Assembly (NCBI RefSeq): GCF_964188315.1 | Contig: NC_135667.1 | Span: 24,304,001 to 24,368,000 of the forward strand | Direction of reading: 5' to 3' | DNA length: 64,000 bases | From: Podarcis muralis | Taxonomy: Eukaryota | Shown: positions 22,843 to 34,935 of the stretch, in pieces | Layout: the number at the start of each line of letters is the position of its first letter | Numbering within the stretch: the first letter of the stretch is position 1 | The notes under the pieces: model-generated | The model's input: the letters and a program-made list of their open reading frames with translations, nothing else | The model's database searches: none | What the model was told of the DNA's origin: nothing | Position numbers and translations under genes: made by a program

Positions 22843-23784
22843 ATGTCTAATGTAACCATCATAAGAGATTTCCTGCTAATGGGATTTTCAGAGCAAAGGG
22901 AACTCCAGATCTTACACCTTGCAGTATTCACAGCAATGTACATGGCAATTCTCATTGGAAACTTCCTCATCATCATTCTGGTAGCTAGAACTACCCACCT
23001 TCAGACCCCAATGTATTTCTTCCTTGTCAACTTATCAGTTGTTGACCTTGGATCCACAACCGTCACCATTCCCAGATCAATAGCTAATGCCCTGATGAAC
23101 ACAACACGTATTTCTTATTCTGAATGTGCTGCACAAATGCTATTGTTCCTCTTCTTCATGTCATCAGACATTTTCCTCCTCGCTGTCATGGCCTATGACC
23201 GGTATGTGGCCATCTGTCACCCACTGCACTATACCTCTGTGATGAAGTGGGGAAGGTGTATTCAGCTGGCAGGTGGGGCATGGGCAGCAGGCTTCCTTAA
23301 TGCTGCTCTGCACACAGGTACCATTTTTTCACTGCCCTTCTGCTCCAACATCATCACTCAGTTCTTCTGTGAAATACCACACATGATGAAGATATCCTGC
23401 TCTGATCCATACTTCAGTGAAATGTGGGCCCTTCTCTTTAGTTCAGCCTTAGGTCTTGGCTGCTTTGTGCTCATTGTCACATCCTACGTGCAGATCTTTA
23501 CTGCAGTGCTGAGAATGTCCTCCAAGGCAAGCAGGCAGAAAGCCTTCTCTACTTGCATTCCCCACCTCACTGTTGTCTCTCTCTTACTTAGTACAGGTAT
23601 CTTCTCCTATGTCATGCCAACCTCCAGCCCTTCATATAATCTGGATGAAGTGCTTGCTGTGATATATTCAGTGATTCCTCCAATGATGAATCCGTTAATT
23701 TACAGCATGAGGAATAAGGATGTCAAAACAGCCCTGTGGAAGCTGTTTTACCAGACACTTCCAAACAATAAATCAGTTCCATAG
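22843..23784 (+). CDS. Olfactory receptor OR3, family 14-like, 313 aa; duplicate of OR1
   Basis: OR motifs intact; near-identical to 10610-11551 and has the same acceptor context (cccaacag|actgagaagacATG). Confidence 0.96.
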   Translation: MSNVTIIRDFLLMGFSEQRELQILHLAVFTAMYMAILIGNFLIIILVARTTHLQTPMYFFLVNLSVVDLGSTTVTIPRSIANALMNTTRISYSECAAQMLLFLFFMSSDIFLLAVMAYDRYVAICHPLHYTSVMKWGRCIQLAGGAWAAGFLNAALHTGTIFSLPFCSNIITQFFCEIPHMMKISCSDPYFSEMWALLFSSALGLGCFVLIVTSYVQIFTAVLRMSSKASRQKAFSTCIPHLTVVSLLLSTGIFSYVMPTSSPSYNLDEVLAVIYSVIPPMMNPLIYSMRNKDVKTALWKLFYQTLPNNKSVP

Positions 23785-25809
23785 TTTAAAAACTACCACT
23801 GCCACCACTACCACTGAGGTGTATGCCCTTTCTATACCTGCTTAAAATATCAAGGAAATGGGTGGTTAAGGCACTTTATTGTTCACACCCCTTAAACAGG
23901 GAACACTTTCTCAAGGGTTGCCTATTATGCTTGCTTACAAACTTGGTACTATGCATCAATGCTTTGCCCTGGCTTTTGGGATGGGGGAGGAGACATGTAT
24001 CCAGAAAAAAATCCACAGGTGCAGCAGCTTCCTCAGTCACATGCTTCATATAGCCATGATGAATTCCTGCCTGAACACATCTGTTTAAGGCACTTCGCTT
24101 CCCTGCCACAATCACAATTGTAGAGAATCTCCAGGCAAGAATTCTACAGGTTAGCCACTTTCCCAATCCCTTGCTACAGACGTAGATGATGAATTTCTGC
24201 CTTTGACATCTGTACAAGGCACCCTGCTTCTGGCACATTCCACCTACTATAGTAAGTGTGGCAACCCTATGTGACAACATTTAAGTGTAATGGTAGTGAC
24301 CATCCCCTGCTTGCATCCGCATTTCACCTGCATGCTGTCCAAAGCATATTTTTCTAATGTACCACCTCAGTGCCTCATTCATACATATATACATATAGTG
24401 GTTCTTATTGGCATGCAGTCTCCTGTTTGACAGAATTGAAAAAGACTGTGCCATTGAAACAGATTTTTTTCAACCTTCAGATTTATATTTCTATTTTCTA
24501 ACATTGTTTACTTGGGCCTCGTTTTATCTTTATTAGTGTGGTTTATGCCTTATATATTGAGTACAACATAGTACCTTTATATAGTCAAAATGTAGTTTTT
24601 AAACCAGCTATATCCTCTTCTGTCTTCTGGTGTGCTAGAAATCTAGCTTCATGACTTTCTTATATCAGACCTGCTCTGCACACAATTTGTGGCCTATGAA
24701 ACTGAACTCTGCCCACCAGCCAGGGATGTGAGGAACCTTCATTTTATCCTGGGTCTTAGACAATTGTGGGGAATGACATAGCATGACATGACATATGGCT
24801 AGTTGACTTGATTTGTTTTGGGGGTTTCAGAGCTGCCTTTGGCTGTATCTGCAACAGGATTGCACCTCTGTAGAAATGTGCCTGCACATGAAAGCTCATA
24901 CCAAGAACAAACTTAGTTGGTCTCTAAGGTGCTACTGGACAATTTTTAATTTTTTAAAAATATATATTTCTACTGTGTCAGACCAACACGGCTGCCTACC
25001 TGAATCTAGAACCAAGGATTACAGTGTACCTGTGTGAGGTTAAGATGTGCCCCTATATCTTAAAAAAAGATCACAATGCTCTGCTGAAGGAAAGAACATT
25101 GACAGACACGTGCAGTGCCTAAAGCTGAACCAAAACAGAGCTAGTGTGAGTATTTTATTGACTTTTTAAAGGGGTTCATTTATCATTTACATAATAAACA
25201 CAAGAAAGAAAAAAAGAGCCTCCCACTGAGCACAGTCCCAGTGCTTTTTAAATAACACTAGTGTCTCAACAAATGAAACTGATCTGTAGAAAATGTAACT
25301 TGAAAAAGAGACATTGCACATACCTTTGCAAACCAAGAAATCTCTAATTAAAAATATATATGAATATTTCTCTTTCTAATACAAATACCTTTCAAAATGT
25401 TATGACTGGTGGACTATAGCCATGTTCTCTTGAAGTTGAATTGGAAATAAAGCTGAAACACGTTTTACAAAACTTTTCTGATTTTGTGTACTTTCCTGGG
25501 TTTTCAACATTGTGAGTGATTCCCCCCATTAATATCAAGTCCCACACCCATATAATGGTGTATAATTTTCATTGTCAAAGAACATCTCATCCACCCACAC
25601 ACCTACAAAAATCTCTTGGCACTTTTAACATTCAGAAATTTATTGTGGCATATATCTCTGTGGGGAGATACATACTGTAGGATGGGTGGAAACTGCTTTT
25701 AAGCGGTGCTCTTCCATATGCTGGACATGTAGTGTATGCATGTTGCAATTCTATGATTATCTGCAATTTGAGGGATCCTGCCTACAACGGTGGTGTTTTG
25801 CAGGCCTAT

Positions 25810-26369
25810 GATTGCTTCCCTAATGATGAAGGGATTTCCCCAATGCCTAGCAGGGATGCCGAAGAGCTGCCATTGCATCAGCCTCTGCAACAATGTTACT
25901 GTTGCATTAATTACTTAACCATTGCAATTCCCCCGCTCCAATTCCATATGGGTATGATAAGAAACAGAAGAGGAATCCTTGCCTGGGTCTCACTGTGCGT
26001 GCAGCATGAGAAAGATAGCCTGAGAAAGGCAGACAGCAGCAATTCATGATGAGAGATAGCCTAAGACTGAAAACTTTGAAGGTGGTCTATTGCTCTTAGA
26101 AAAGTGACCTATTTTGGCAGTGGCTCTGGGCTGTTAGTGCTGTGCAATTCGGGGGAAGAAGGAGGTAATCTTTAGCGACCAACAGAAGTCAGCAACATAC
26201 TTCCACCATCAAATAAGTCTCCCCTCTTAGTGCTTTTAAAAGACGCTTTTCCTCTAACATGCACCTGTGAAACAAAAGGAGCTGTGAATCCAACAGAGAA
26301 GAGACTGCGATGGATCTCTTATACTGGCATGAAATGTGAGGAGACAGCATCAAGGAGCCACAGGTGAGA
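25810..26369 (+). promoter_or_regulatory. Putative OR4 promoter / first exon module
   Basis: TAATGA homeodomain-type site near 25820; donor CAG|GTGAGA at 26364. Confidence 0.5.
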
Positions 26370-26549
26370 GCTGAGTGCATGGTGGGGACCAAAGGAGGAT
26401 AAACTACCCCAGAAAGGAGCATGACGTGTCCCCCACCAGACACATTCTTCCTCTCCAAACACCCCATACATACCACACGACTTCTACTACTTTTGTTTTA
26501 AACCCTGTACATAGTATGGAATTTCTACTATTTATTTCCTAATGTGATA

Positions 26550-26783
26550 CAGTGGTACCTCGGGTTAAGTACTTAATTCGTTCTGGAGGTCTGTTCTTAA
26601 CCTGAAACTGTTCTTAACCTGAGGTACCACTTTAGCTAATGGGGCCTCCCGCTGCCGCAGCCGCACAATTTCTGTTCTCATCCTGAAGCAAAGTTCTTAA
26701 CCCGAGGTACTATTTCTGGGTTAGTGGAGTCTGTAACCTGAAGCGTCTGTAACCTGAAGTTTCCCTAACCTGAGTTACCACTG
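26550..26783. mobile_element. Tc1/mariner (Tigger-like) MITE
   Basis: TIRs cagtggtacctcgggtta / taacctgagttaccactg; TA TSD on both sides; empty TA site at ~14512 in duplicate copy 1. Confidence 0.9.
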
Positions 26784-27556
26784 TATATCCCCTGTTAGGC
26801 AGATGAGGCAAGATTGGGGACGGAGATAATGGCTTGTGAGTCAGGAGGTTAAGGAATCACCTGCCGCATAGGACCATATGGTAAAGTAAACTCACAAGAA
26901 TCATATTGACTTGGATCCTCAAGATTGATAAAATTAATATGTTTTCATAAGAAATATATGCCTATCCTTGCATCTGTCTGTGACCCCTGAGAAGCCTCTG
27001 TGCCATTTTGTAGAAGGGGCTCCTAATAACATGGGTCCCACACCTTTGTAATTTTATTTATTTATGACACTTTTGTCTTTGTGAAAGAACTCTGGGTGGC
27101 CAACACATGATTCAATGACACTCTTCCATCCAGGTAGTGTTCCTAGCGAAACCAGTTCAGCTTTCTGAGGTGCGAGGAGATCTGTGTCTGTGCAATAGGG
27201 CTTTCCTATGCCTTTTTCCACACTGCTAACACCACACTCTCTGTACTGAAGGACCCTTAGAAATGCAATTTGAAGAGACTCAAGTAGGCTGCAGGTGGTT
27301 GGGGACTTATTAGTGGAAATGCCTTTCTGTTGGCACAAAATTTGTTTGGGTCCAGTAAAATACTATATTGGGAAAACTGAAATTATGAGGTCATTCATTT
27401 AACAATAAAGTAATAAAAAGCACCATACACGGCAGTAAATATAATTCTAAAATTAATGGGGGGGGATAAGACTTTAGAATGAACACACATTGTGTTATGT
27501 GCACGGGATCATTATTTTTCTGCTCTTCTTTCAGCAGCCAAAATCTTATAGATGAC

Positions 27557-28513
27557 ATGTCCAACATAACAATCATTGACAATTTTCTACTCATGGGATT
27601 TTCGGGGGACCAAGAATGGCAATTTTTGCACTTTGTGATCTTCTTAGCAATATACCTGACTATTCTGATGGGAAATCTTCTTATCATTATCCTCATAGCC
27701 ACCAACAGTCACCTGCACACCCCCATGTATTTCTTTCTTGTCAACCTATCAGTGCTTGATGTTGGGTCAACCACTGTCATTATTCCAAAATCAATGGCCA
27801 ATTCCCTCATGAACATAAAGCTGATTTCATATTCACAGTGTGTCACACAACTGTTTTTATTCATCCATTTCCTGTCATCGGACTTCTTCTTCCTCACTGT
27901 CATGGCATATGACCGTTACGTAGCCATTTGTCACCCTTTACACTATTCGTCTATGATGACATGGAGTAGCTGTATCTGGATGGCAAGTGGAGCCTGGATG
28001 GCAGGCTTCCTTTATGCTGCTTTGAACACTGGTACTGTTTTTTCACTTCCTTTCTGCTCCAATGTCATCCACCAGTTCTTCTGTGAAATTCCACACCTAC
28101 TGAAGATCTCCTGTTCTGATTCATACCTCACTGAGATTTGGGCTCTTCTTTTGAGTTTCACAATAGGTCTTGGCTGCTTTGTGTTCATTATCATGTCCTA
28201 TGTTCAGATATTTACTGCAGTGTTAAGAATGCCGTCCATGGCAAACAGGCAGAAAGCCTTCTCCACTTGCATCCCCCACATCACTGTTATCTCCATATTA
28301 GTCAGTACTGCCATTTTTACCCATCTTATTCCAACCTCTGACTCAGAATATAATTTAGATCAAGTGCTTGCTTTGTTGTATACTGTGGTGCCTCCACTGC
28401 TGAACCCAATAATTTACAGCATGAGGAACAAAGATGTCAAAATTGCCTTGGGGAATTTGTTGGGTTTTATTCTTGCTAAAAAGAATAAAAATATGGCTCT
28501 GATTCTCCTATGA
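27557..28513 (+). CDS. Olfactory receptor OR4, family 14-like, 318 aa (start MSNIT at 27557)
   Basis: OR motifs intact. The first 26 codons of ORF 27479 cover a polypyrimidine tract and CAGCAG acceptor (27532-27537); MSNIT matches the paralog starts. Confidence 0.94.
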   Translation: MSNITIIDNFLLMGFSGDQEWQFLHFVIFLAIYLTILMGNLLIIILIATNSHLHTPMYFFLVNLSVLDVGSTTVIIPKSMANSLMNIKLISYSQCVTQLFLFIHFLSSDFFFLTVMAYDRYVAICHPLHYSSMMTWSSCIWMASGAWMAGFLYAALNTGTVFSLPFCSNVIHQFFCEIPHLLKISCSDSYLTEIWALLLSFTIGLGCFVFIIMSYVQIFTAVLRMPSMANRQKAFSTCIPHITVISILVSTAIFTHLIPTSDSEYNLDQVLALLYTVVPPLLNPIIYSMRNKDVKIALGNLLGFILAKKNKNMALILL

Positions 28514-29759
28514 GTTTTCTTCTTCCAACTTGTCTTGTGATGCAGCTTAAGATTATTGTCTTGTAACATTTGTTTTGTTATGCAAAAATACATTGTGCTT
28601 CCTATGTATGTATATCTTTCCCTTCCATAGTCTAAAGAAGTGAATGGAATGAGAAACTTGTATAATAAGTAAATAACAAATAAATACTATATAGTATTTA
28701 CTTTCCTTCTGTAGTGAAGAAAATTGAACGTGGTGTTGAAAGTGTATGCTGGACTCTATATGAAAACAGAGAGCTTCTTTATCCATATGCATTCTTCATT
28801 TCATTAGCTGTCCAGGTGCTTAAAGGAATGTGCAAGTGGTCTGGGACACCCCCCCCCTCGGTTTACAAGAAAGCCTTAAAAGTGAGAAGTAACCTATCTA
28901 TAGGTTGAAATTTGTTTGTTTCCCTGATGAGCTTAGACTATTTTGCCACGTAATGTAGTATCCTTGCTTGCCCCCCCACCTAATATCCTTTTTATTGCAC
29001 ATTCCTGATCATATCTGCTCATGTTGCTATTGAGAGGATCATGTGTGATTTCTCATTCAATACTGTTTGTAGCTGAAAATGCTTTGGAGTGATTATGCTG
29101 CTTCATTTCTTGTTAGTGCTTCTGCTGAAACCCCATAATTTTTCATATCACACATTTTCTGGTTTATTTTTGTTTTACTGTGACCCCTCTGGACAACAAT
29201 AATGTGGCAGCATTGGAAAAGCATTACAGAGCAAACTAAAGCTGAACAAATTACCACTTCTGCACTATTAATGTGTCAATATATTTGCAGAATACACACT
29301 TAATAAACCACCAATCTTGGGAGATGACCTTTGTAAAGTAACATTTGTTCTACAATTATGCCGTTGATTTGAAATTTGTATCCCAGAATAGAATGTACTG
29401 CATTCAATGTTCCTGAACTCAATATTATATCCACATCCCTATGCTAGATAGCTCTATCTGACATCTAGCTGTCACCACTACACCATTTGTGGAAAGTGTG
29501 GTGGGACATAGCTCTCAGCTGACCTCCCAGAAACTGAGTTCCTGCTGTTTACTAGGAATGAGAGGAGGAGAGGTGAGGAGATGATGAGGTTGACAAGGGC
29601 AGAAATACCTGAAATTATGAGATTCTCCTTCACTGGAATGTTAGGAGAGCACTACTCCTTCAACACACCACCTACAGCTTCACTGCACTACCCAGAACTC
29701 TTTAAGATACATTTAGGAATGGACTGAAGGAACTTTAAAGCCTTTGACAATAGCCCAGT

Positions 29760-30355
29760 ACAAGAAGCAAAGATGGCAAACATATCCACAACAGGTAATT
29801 TGTTTCCTTGGCACCTAGGTATACTGGTATAAAGGAAACCCAGACAATGAAAAACACCAGTGTACTGAAGATGATGAAGTCAACTAGGAAAGCTATGGTG
29901 AAATTGATGATGGCTACAAAAATTGATTGGCAGAATAAATTACTAGAATTGGCCAAAATGGCACATATGACTAACAGGCTGAGAGGCAATACAAATCAAA
30001 GCTTTATTAAAAAATGGGACATGTTCAAGAAATATTTAAAGAAATACAACAGCGGTGTGGCATCTATGGTAGCATTTGAATGATTTCTGTGTTTATCAAC
30101 AACAACAAAAAAGCAAATGGTTGTAAAAGGTGTAAGAAATTATAGGATTATATAAATAGAACAAAGTAATAATTATTTGTATAACTGAATAAGTAGAATT
30201 TGTAAATACACTGGGGTGTGACGGGCAGTCTTATGTAGTCAAGCAAGAAGGTATGGTGATTTGTATTGTATAGGAATGAACTGACTTCTATTTGTAACTT
30301 CTGAAATACTACATATGTCTGTTATGTTATCAACTAAATTTAATAAAGCAGAAAA
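29760..30355 (+). mobile_element. Old L1-clade 3' fragment
   Basis: WQNKLLELAKMAHMTNRLR...KKWDMFKKYLK resembles the ORF2 C-terminus at 7030 and 44514. Confidence 0.55.
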
Positions 30356-30539
30356 CACTGGGGGGAAAGTGTGTGTGTGTGTGTGGGGGGGGAGAAACTG
30401 ATGATGGCCACAGTAGAAAATGGTGTTGGAGCCTTCATTGCACTCCTGAATAATTGTCAGCTATAAGGGTACGAGTCCTTTGCTTTCATGGCTGTATATT
30501 TGCTTCCCTAATGTTCAGCCATGTTTCATGGCTGTATAT

Positions 30540-31141
30540 TTGCTTCCCTAATGTTGAAGGGAAAATCGCTTTTCAGTCTACAATCGACCACCCTCCGAGC
30601 TGCAATCAGGTATCCCAATTGTCTAACTTTCTTCTGCTGTATACTCAATGAGACCCAGAGAGACCTTCCTCTTCTGTTTCTAATCATTCTCATATGCAAC
30701 AGGAAGGTAATGTTTAAGTCATCGACCCAAGAGAATAAATGCAATAGTGAAATGGTTGCAGAGGCTGATGCAGTGAGAACTCTTAAGAATCATTACTGGG
30801 AATAGAACATTTAATTGACACTGGCACTGGGCCATTAGTGCTTTCAGGGAAAGTGGGAGTTAAGCTTTAGAGACCAATAGGAGTCAGATTTATATTTCCA
30901 CCACCACATAAGTCTGTCCCTTTTGCTGCTGTTTGAAATAAGCCTTTCCTTCTGTGTAGCCTGAGGAGATTTTGAACCCGACAGAGGAGAGAGTGAGAGG
31001 AATCTCCCACAATTGCATTTAATGTGAAAGAAATATAAATCTGAGGAAAGAAAAAGAGAAGGGAAGATATCTAATTGTCTTGCTTGTACTTCACTGAGGG
31101 GGAACAAAATAATAGAGACATCTAGAACAATCAAGGTAAAT
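30540..31141 (+). promoter_or_regulatory. Putative OR5 promoter / first exon module with an internal 240-bp inversion
   Basis: Homologous to 34320-34935; donor AAG|GTAAAT at 31136. Confidence 0.5.
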
Positions 31142-31747
31142 AGAAACAATTTTGCTAATAAAGGATCTGGAGCAGAATTGCAAATATCAACTTGATAAAA
31201 TCTATGAGAAAATAAAGTAAGTCTTATATCTTTGACCTCTAATTTTTTTGGAGATTTTTTCTTCATCCCCCCATTTCTCCTTCATTGACACCATTTAAAT
31301 CACTCAGCTTAATTCCATGCATTCATCCCCCCCCCCAGTTAAAATATTATTATTGTTATTATCTATTAGTTATTACTTTCTTTTTCTAACTTATTATTCC
31401 TTCGGGTATACAATCTGCTTTCCCAGTTATTCTCTATCCCACATAAACTGTGGCTTAATGATGTATGCTCTGTTATTTCCACTTCTTTCCTGACAACATA
31501 GTTTTATTCTCTCCCCCCCCCCCATACATTTGCATTAGTTTTCCATCATAGAGAGAAGAATATGAAATGGAAGATAGTATAAATAAACAACTACGACATT
31601 AACACAGAACAGAATTGGTATACGGATCAGGGCTGTCCTCAAAGGGGATCCAAAATATAATGTCAAAAGAAATCAAATTGGGTTCAAATAACAAAGAGAC
31701 TGAGACACAGGAGAATGTTAGGTGTGTCTTTCTTCATTGGCATAAGA

Positions 31748-31879
31748 CAGGCTTCCTCAACCTCGGCCCTGAAGATGTTTTTGGCCTACAACTCCCATGA
31801 TAGCTTGCAGGACTAGTGGTCAGGGATGATGGGAATTGTAGTCTCAAAACATCTGGAGGGCCGAGGTTGAGGAAGCCTG
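31748..31879. mobile_element. Palindromic hAT MITE in the putative 5' intron of OR5
   Basis: TIRs caggcttcctcaacctcggccc / gggccgaggttgaggaagcctg; 8-bp TSD GCATAAGA / GCATAAGG. Confidence 0.9.
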
Positions 31880-32178
31880 GCATAAGGCGAGTGCAGCAGG
31901 TGGTGGAAATCACTAGAATTTGAGGGTGTGGTTAAGTGGAATGTTTTTGTTTGTTTTGTTTTTGCTGCTGTAACATGTGTATGGGTCCAAGCCAAGGAAG
32001 GAAAACAATTCAATGGGAAAGCTAAAATGGTGGTATCATATATTTAACAAAAAAGTAATAGAAATAAATCCTACATGAAAGTTTATAGAATTCTGAAATT
32101 GATGGAAAAAATAAAAAATGTAGATTCTTTTATGTGCAATGAATTGATAATTTTTTTCTGCTCTCCAATAGTCAAACT

Positions 32179-33147
32179 ATGATGGAGGCTGTGCCCAACA
32201 TAACTGTCATTGAAAATTTTCAACTTCTGGGATTTTTGGGGGACCGAGAATGGCAAATTTTGCAATCTTTGATCTTCTTAGCAATGTACCTGGCTATTCT
32301 GATGGGAAATATTCTGATCATTATCCTGATAGCTGTCAACAGGCACCTGCACACACCAATGTACTTCTTTCTTCTCAACTTATCAATTCTGGACCTTGGA
32401 TCAACCTCTACCATCATTCCCAAATCTCTGGCTAATTCCATCATGAACATAAGGCTGATTTCATATTCACAATGTGTCGCACAAGTGTTTTTCTTCATGT
32501 TTTTTGTGTCATCAGACTTCCTCCTCCTCACTGTCATGGCCTATGACCGATATGTGGCCATCTGTCACCCTTTGCACTATGCATCCGTGATGAAATGGAG
32601 TAGTTGCATCCAGATGGCAGGTGGAACATTAATGTGTGGTTTGTTCAATGCTGCTTTGCACACTGGTACTGTTTTTTCACTTCCTTTCTGCTCCAATGTC
32701 ATCCACCAGTTCTTCTGTGAAATTCCACGCCTACTTAAGATCTCCTGCTCTGATTCATACCTCAATGAAATATGGGCCCTTCTTTTTAGTACATCAATTT
32801 GTCTTGGTTGCTTTGTGTTCATTGTCATGTCCTATGTGCAGATCTTTACTGCGGTCTTGAGAATGCCCTCCATGGCAAACAGGCAGAAAGCCTTCTCCAC
32901 TTGCATTCCCCACATCACAGTTGTCTCCATATTATTCATCACTTCTGTCTTCACCTACTTAATGCCAACCTCTAATTCTCCATACCATCTGGATGAAGTG
33001 CTTGCTGTGTTATATACTGTGGTGCCTCCACTGATGAACCCAATAATCTACAGCATGAGGAACAAAGATGTCAAAACTGCCTTGTGGAAGTTGCTGAGTT
33101 TTAATTTTGGTAAGAAAACTAAAAAGATGCCTCCCATTTGCCTTTAA
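32179..33147 (+). CDS. Olfactory receptor OR5, family 14-like, 322 aa
   Basis: OR motifs intact; acceptor ctctccaatag 7 nt before ATG. Confidence 0.96.
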   Translation: MMEAVPNITVIENFQLLGFLGDREWQILQSLIFLAMYLAILMGNILIIILIAVNRHLHTPMYFFLLNLSILDLGSTSTIIPKSLANSIMNIRLISYSQCVAQVFFFMFFVSSDFLLLTVMAYDRYVAICHPLHYASVMKWSSCIQMAGGTLMCGLFNAALHTGTVFSLPFCSNVIHQFFCEIPRLLKISCSDSYLNEIWALLFSTSICLGCFVFIVMSYVQIFTAVLRMPSMANRQKAFSTCIPHITVVSILFITSVFTYLMPTSNSPYHLDEVLAVLYTVVPPLMNPIIYSMRNKDVKTALWKLLSFNFGKKTKKMPPICL

Positions 33148-33181
33148 TCCTGTTCCTCTTTGATCTTATCTTGTAATGCAG

Positions 33182-33184
<3 letters not shown>

Positions 33185-33223
<39 letters not shown>
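33185..33223. repeat. (AAT)n microsatellite 3' of OR5
   Basis: Direct reading. Confidence 0.95.
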
Positions 33224-33225
<2 letters not shown>

Positions 33226-34118
33226 AATATTATTATTAATATAGAAGCTTATCTCTGTAACAACAGTTTTCTGCAGTAATAAATTATATTGCCATTTTGC
33301 AAACAGAAACTTGAGAGATCCTTCTTTCTGTATTTCGTGTCCTGGAAAGCATTATGACTTATACGTGTTTTATCTACCTCTATATGTAGACAAACCCAGT
33401 TTTTTGACACGATTTTTGTGTCAAAAAAACATCGTCCAATACACGGAAAAATAGGGTAACTACTCTACACATGACTATGGCTGCAATCATAACCTCATTT
33501 ACCTCAGAGCAGGCCAACTGATTATAACAGGGCTTACTCCCACCCCCTTTTAATCTTTCTGGATGCAGAAGCTGTCCCTTCTTATTCCTTATCTTCTCGT
33601 GTAATAGCCTATTTATTGCTTGCTAGGCACCCCACTTTTCAGCCTTCTGAAGCAAGCTTGCTCTATCCAGCGTTTCTACCCAGCATATCTGCTCCTGCAC
33701 TTCTCTGGAATATAAACCTTTCATTCATAGAGGGCTGTGTTTCATGATGTAACCCTCCTTGCTACTATATCTAAACATAATTTTGTTGCCATGAGATGTG
33801 GTGAATTTAACACAGTTTTATAAATGATCAGGCAATTCAGAGAAGAAATGATCTCTCAATAGCTACTAGTAATGATGTCCATCACAACTTGCAAGTTCAG
33901 ATACCTTCAAGTACCAGTTGCATGAATGGGTTCTGCTTATGGGTTTCCAAAAACATCTGGTGGTCTGCTTTGGAAAATAGGATGCTGGCCTAAATAGACT
34001 TTTGGTTGCATCCACATAATATCTTCTTTTGCTCTTATATTCTCTTGAGGGGAAGGATATTTCTGATGCTATTACCCCAAGTTACTTTAATGCATGTGTG
34101 TGTGTATTGCAACTAAAT

Positions 34119-34252
34119 TAAGGTTACCAGATTTTTTTCCAATGAATCTGGGGACACTTTTCAACTTCAGTAGAAATGGTAGGATTTTGTCAGGGGGCTG
34201 ATTTGTAAATCCGGGGACTGTCCCCGGGAAACGGGGACATCTGCTAACCTTA
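34119..34252. mobile_element. hAT-like MITE
   Basis: TIRs taaggttaccagat / atctgctaacctta (13/14 match); internal gggactgtcccc motif. Confidence 0.65.
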
Positions 34253-34319
34253 AATGGTTGTCAGAATTTTTCTTGGTGTTCCCTAGTATCTTTGATTATT
34301 TGTGGGTGTACAACAATTT

Positions 34320-34935
34320 ACCTAATGATGAAGGAAAATCTTCCATTCCTTAGAATGATGCTAAAGAGCTGGCATTGCCTCAGCCTCTGCTACAATTCAG
34401 CTATTACATTTGTTCCCTTGGGTGGATGACTTAAACATTGCCTCCCTATTCCATGTGGGGATGTTTGGAAACTCAAAAGAGGAGCTCTCTGGGTCTCACT
34501 GAATATTGACAATTGGAAAATGCAATGCAACATAGCCTTAGATTGCAAACTTTGAAAGTAGGCTATTGTAGTCAGAAAAGTCAGCATTGTAGCCACTCTG
34601 TGCCATTAATGCTGAGCTATTCAGTGAAACAGGGAGTAAATCTTTAGAGAACAAAATGATTCAGGTAGATATGTCTCCTATCACATAAGCCTGTCTCTTT
34701 TACTGCTGTTTGAAACAAGTTCTTTCTCCAAGACACACCTGTCAACCCAAGATGAGTTGCTGTGATCTGAGAGAAGAAAGAGAGGAATCACTCACAATTG
34801 CATGGGATGTGAAAGAATTATGGCAAATCTGAGGAAAAAATGGAAAATATACACCTGATTTGTTCACACTTTACTGAGTGAAAGATTTAAAGGTGTCAGA
34901 AAAAGAGAGAGACACCTAGACCAACGAAGGTAAAT
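34320..34935 (+). promoter_or_regulatory. Putative OR6 promoter / first exon module
   Basis: TAATGA near 34324; O/E (EBF)-like TCCCTTGGGT near 34414; donor AAG|GTAAAT at 34930. Confidence 0.52.

Larger units (their letters stand above)
19211..27670 (+). repeat. Segmental duplication, copy 2
   Basis: As copy 1; carries extra insertions at 20492-21555 and 26550-26783. Confidence 0.92.

Noticed and set aside
27479-27556. 26-aa N-terminal extension of OR4 in the ORF track
   Set aside because: It covers the polypyrimidine tract and CAGCAG acceptor; paralogs start at MSNI/VT
32220-32860. Recurrent antisense and alternate-frame ORFs inside OR genes (CGISQKNWWM...)
   Set aside because: Shadows of conserved OR codons; short and broken differently in each paralog
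33400-33428. Perfect 11-bp hairpin TTTTTTGACAC/GTGTCAAAAAA as a terminator
   Set aside because: Probably internal to a decayed Tigger/pogo-like MITE (TIR-like end at ~33440-33459); intrinsic terminators do not apply to Pol II genes
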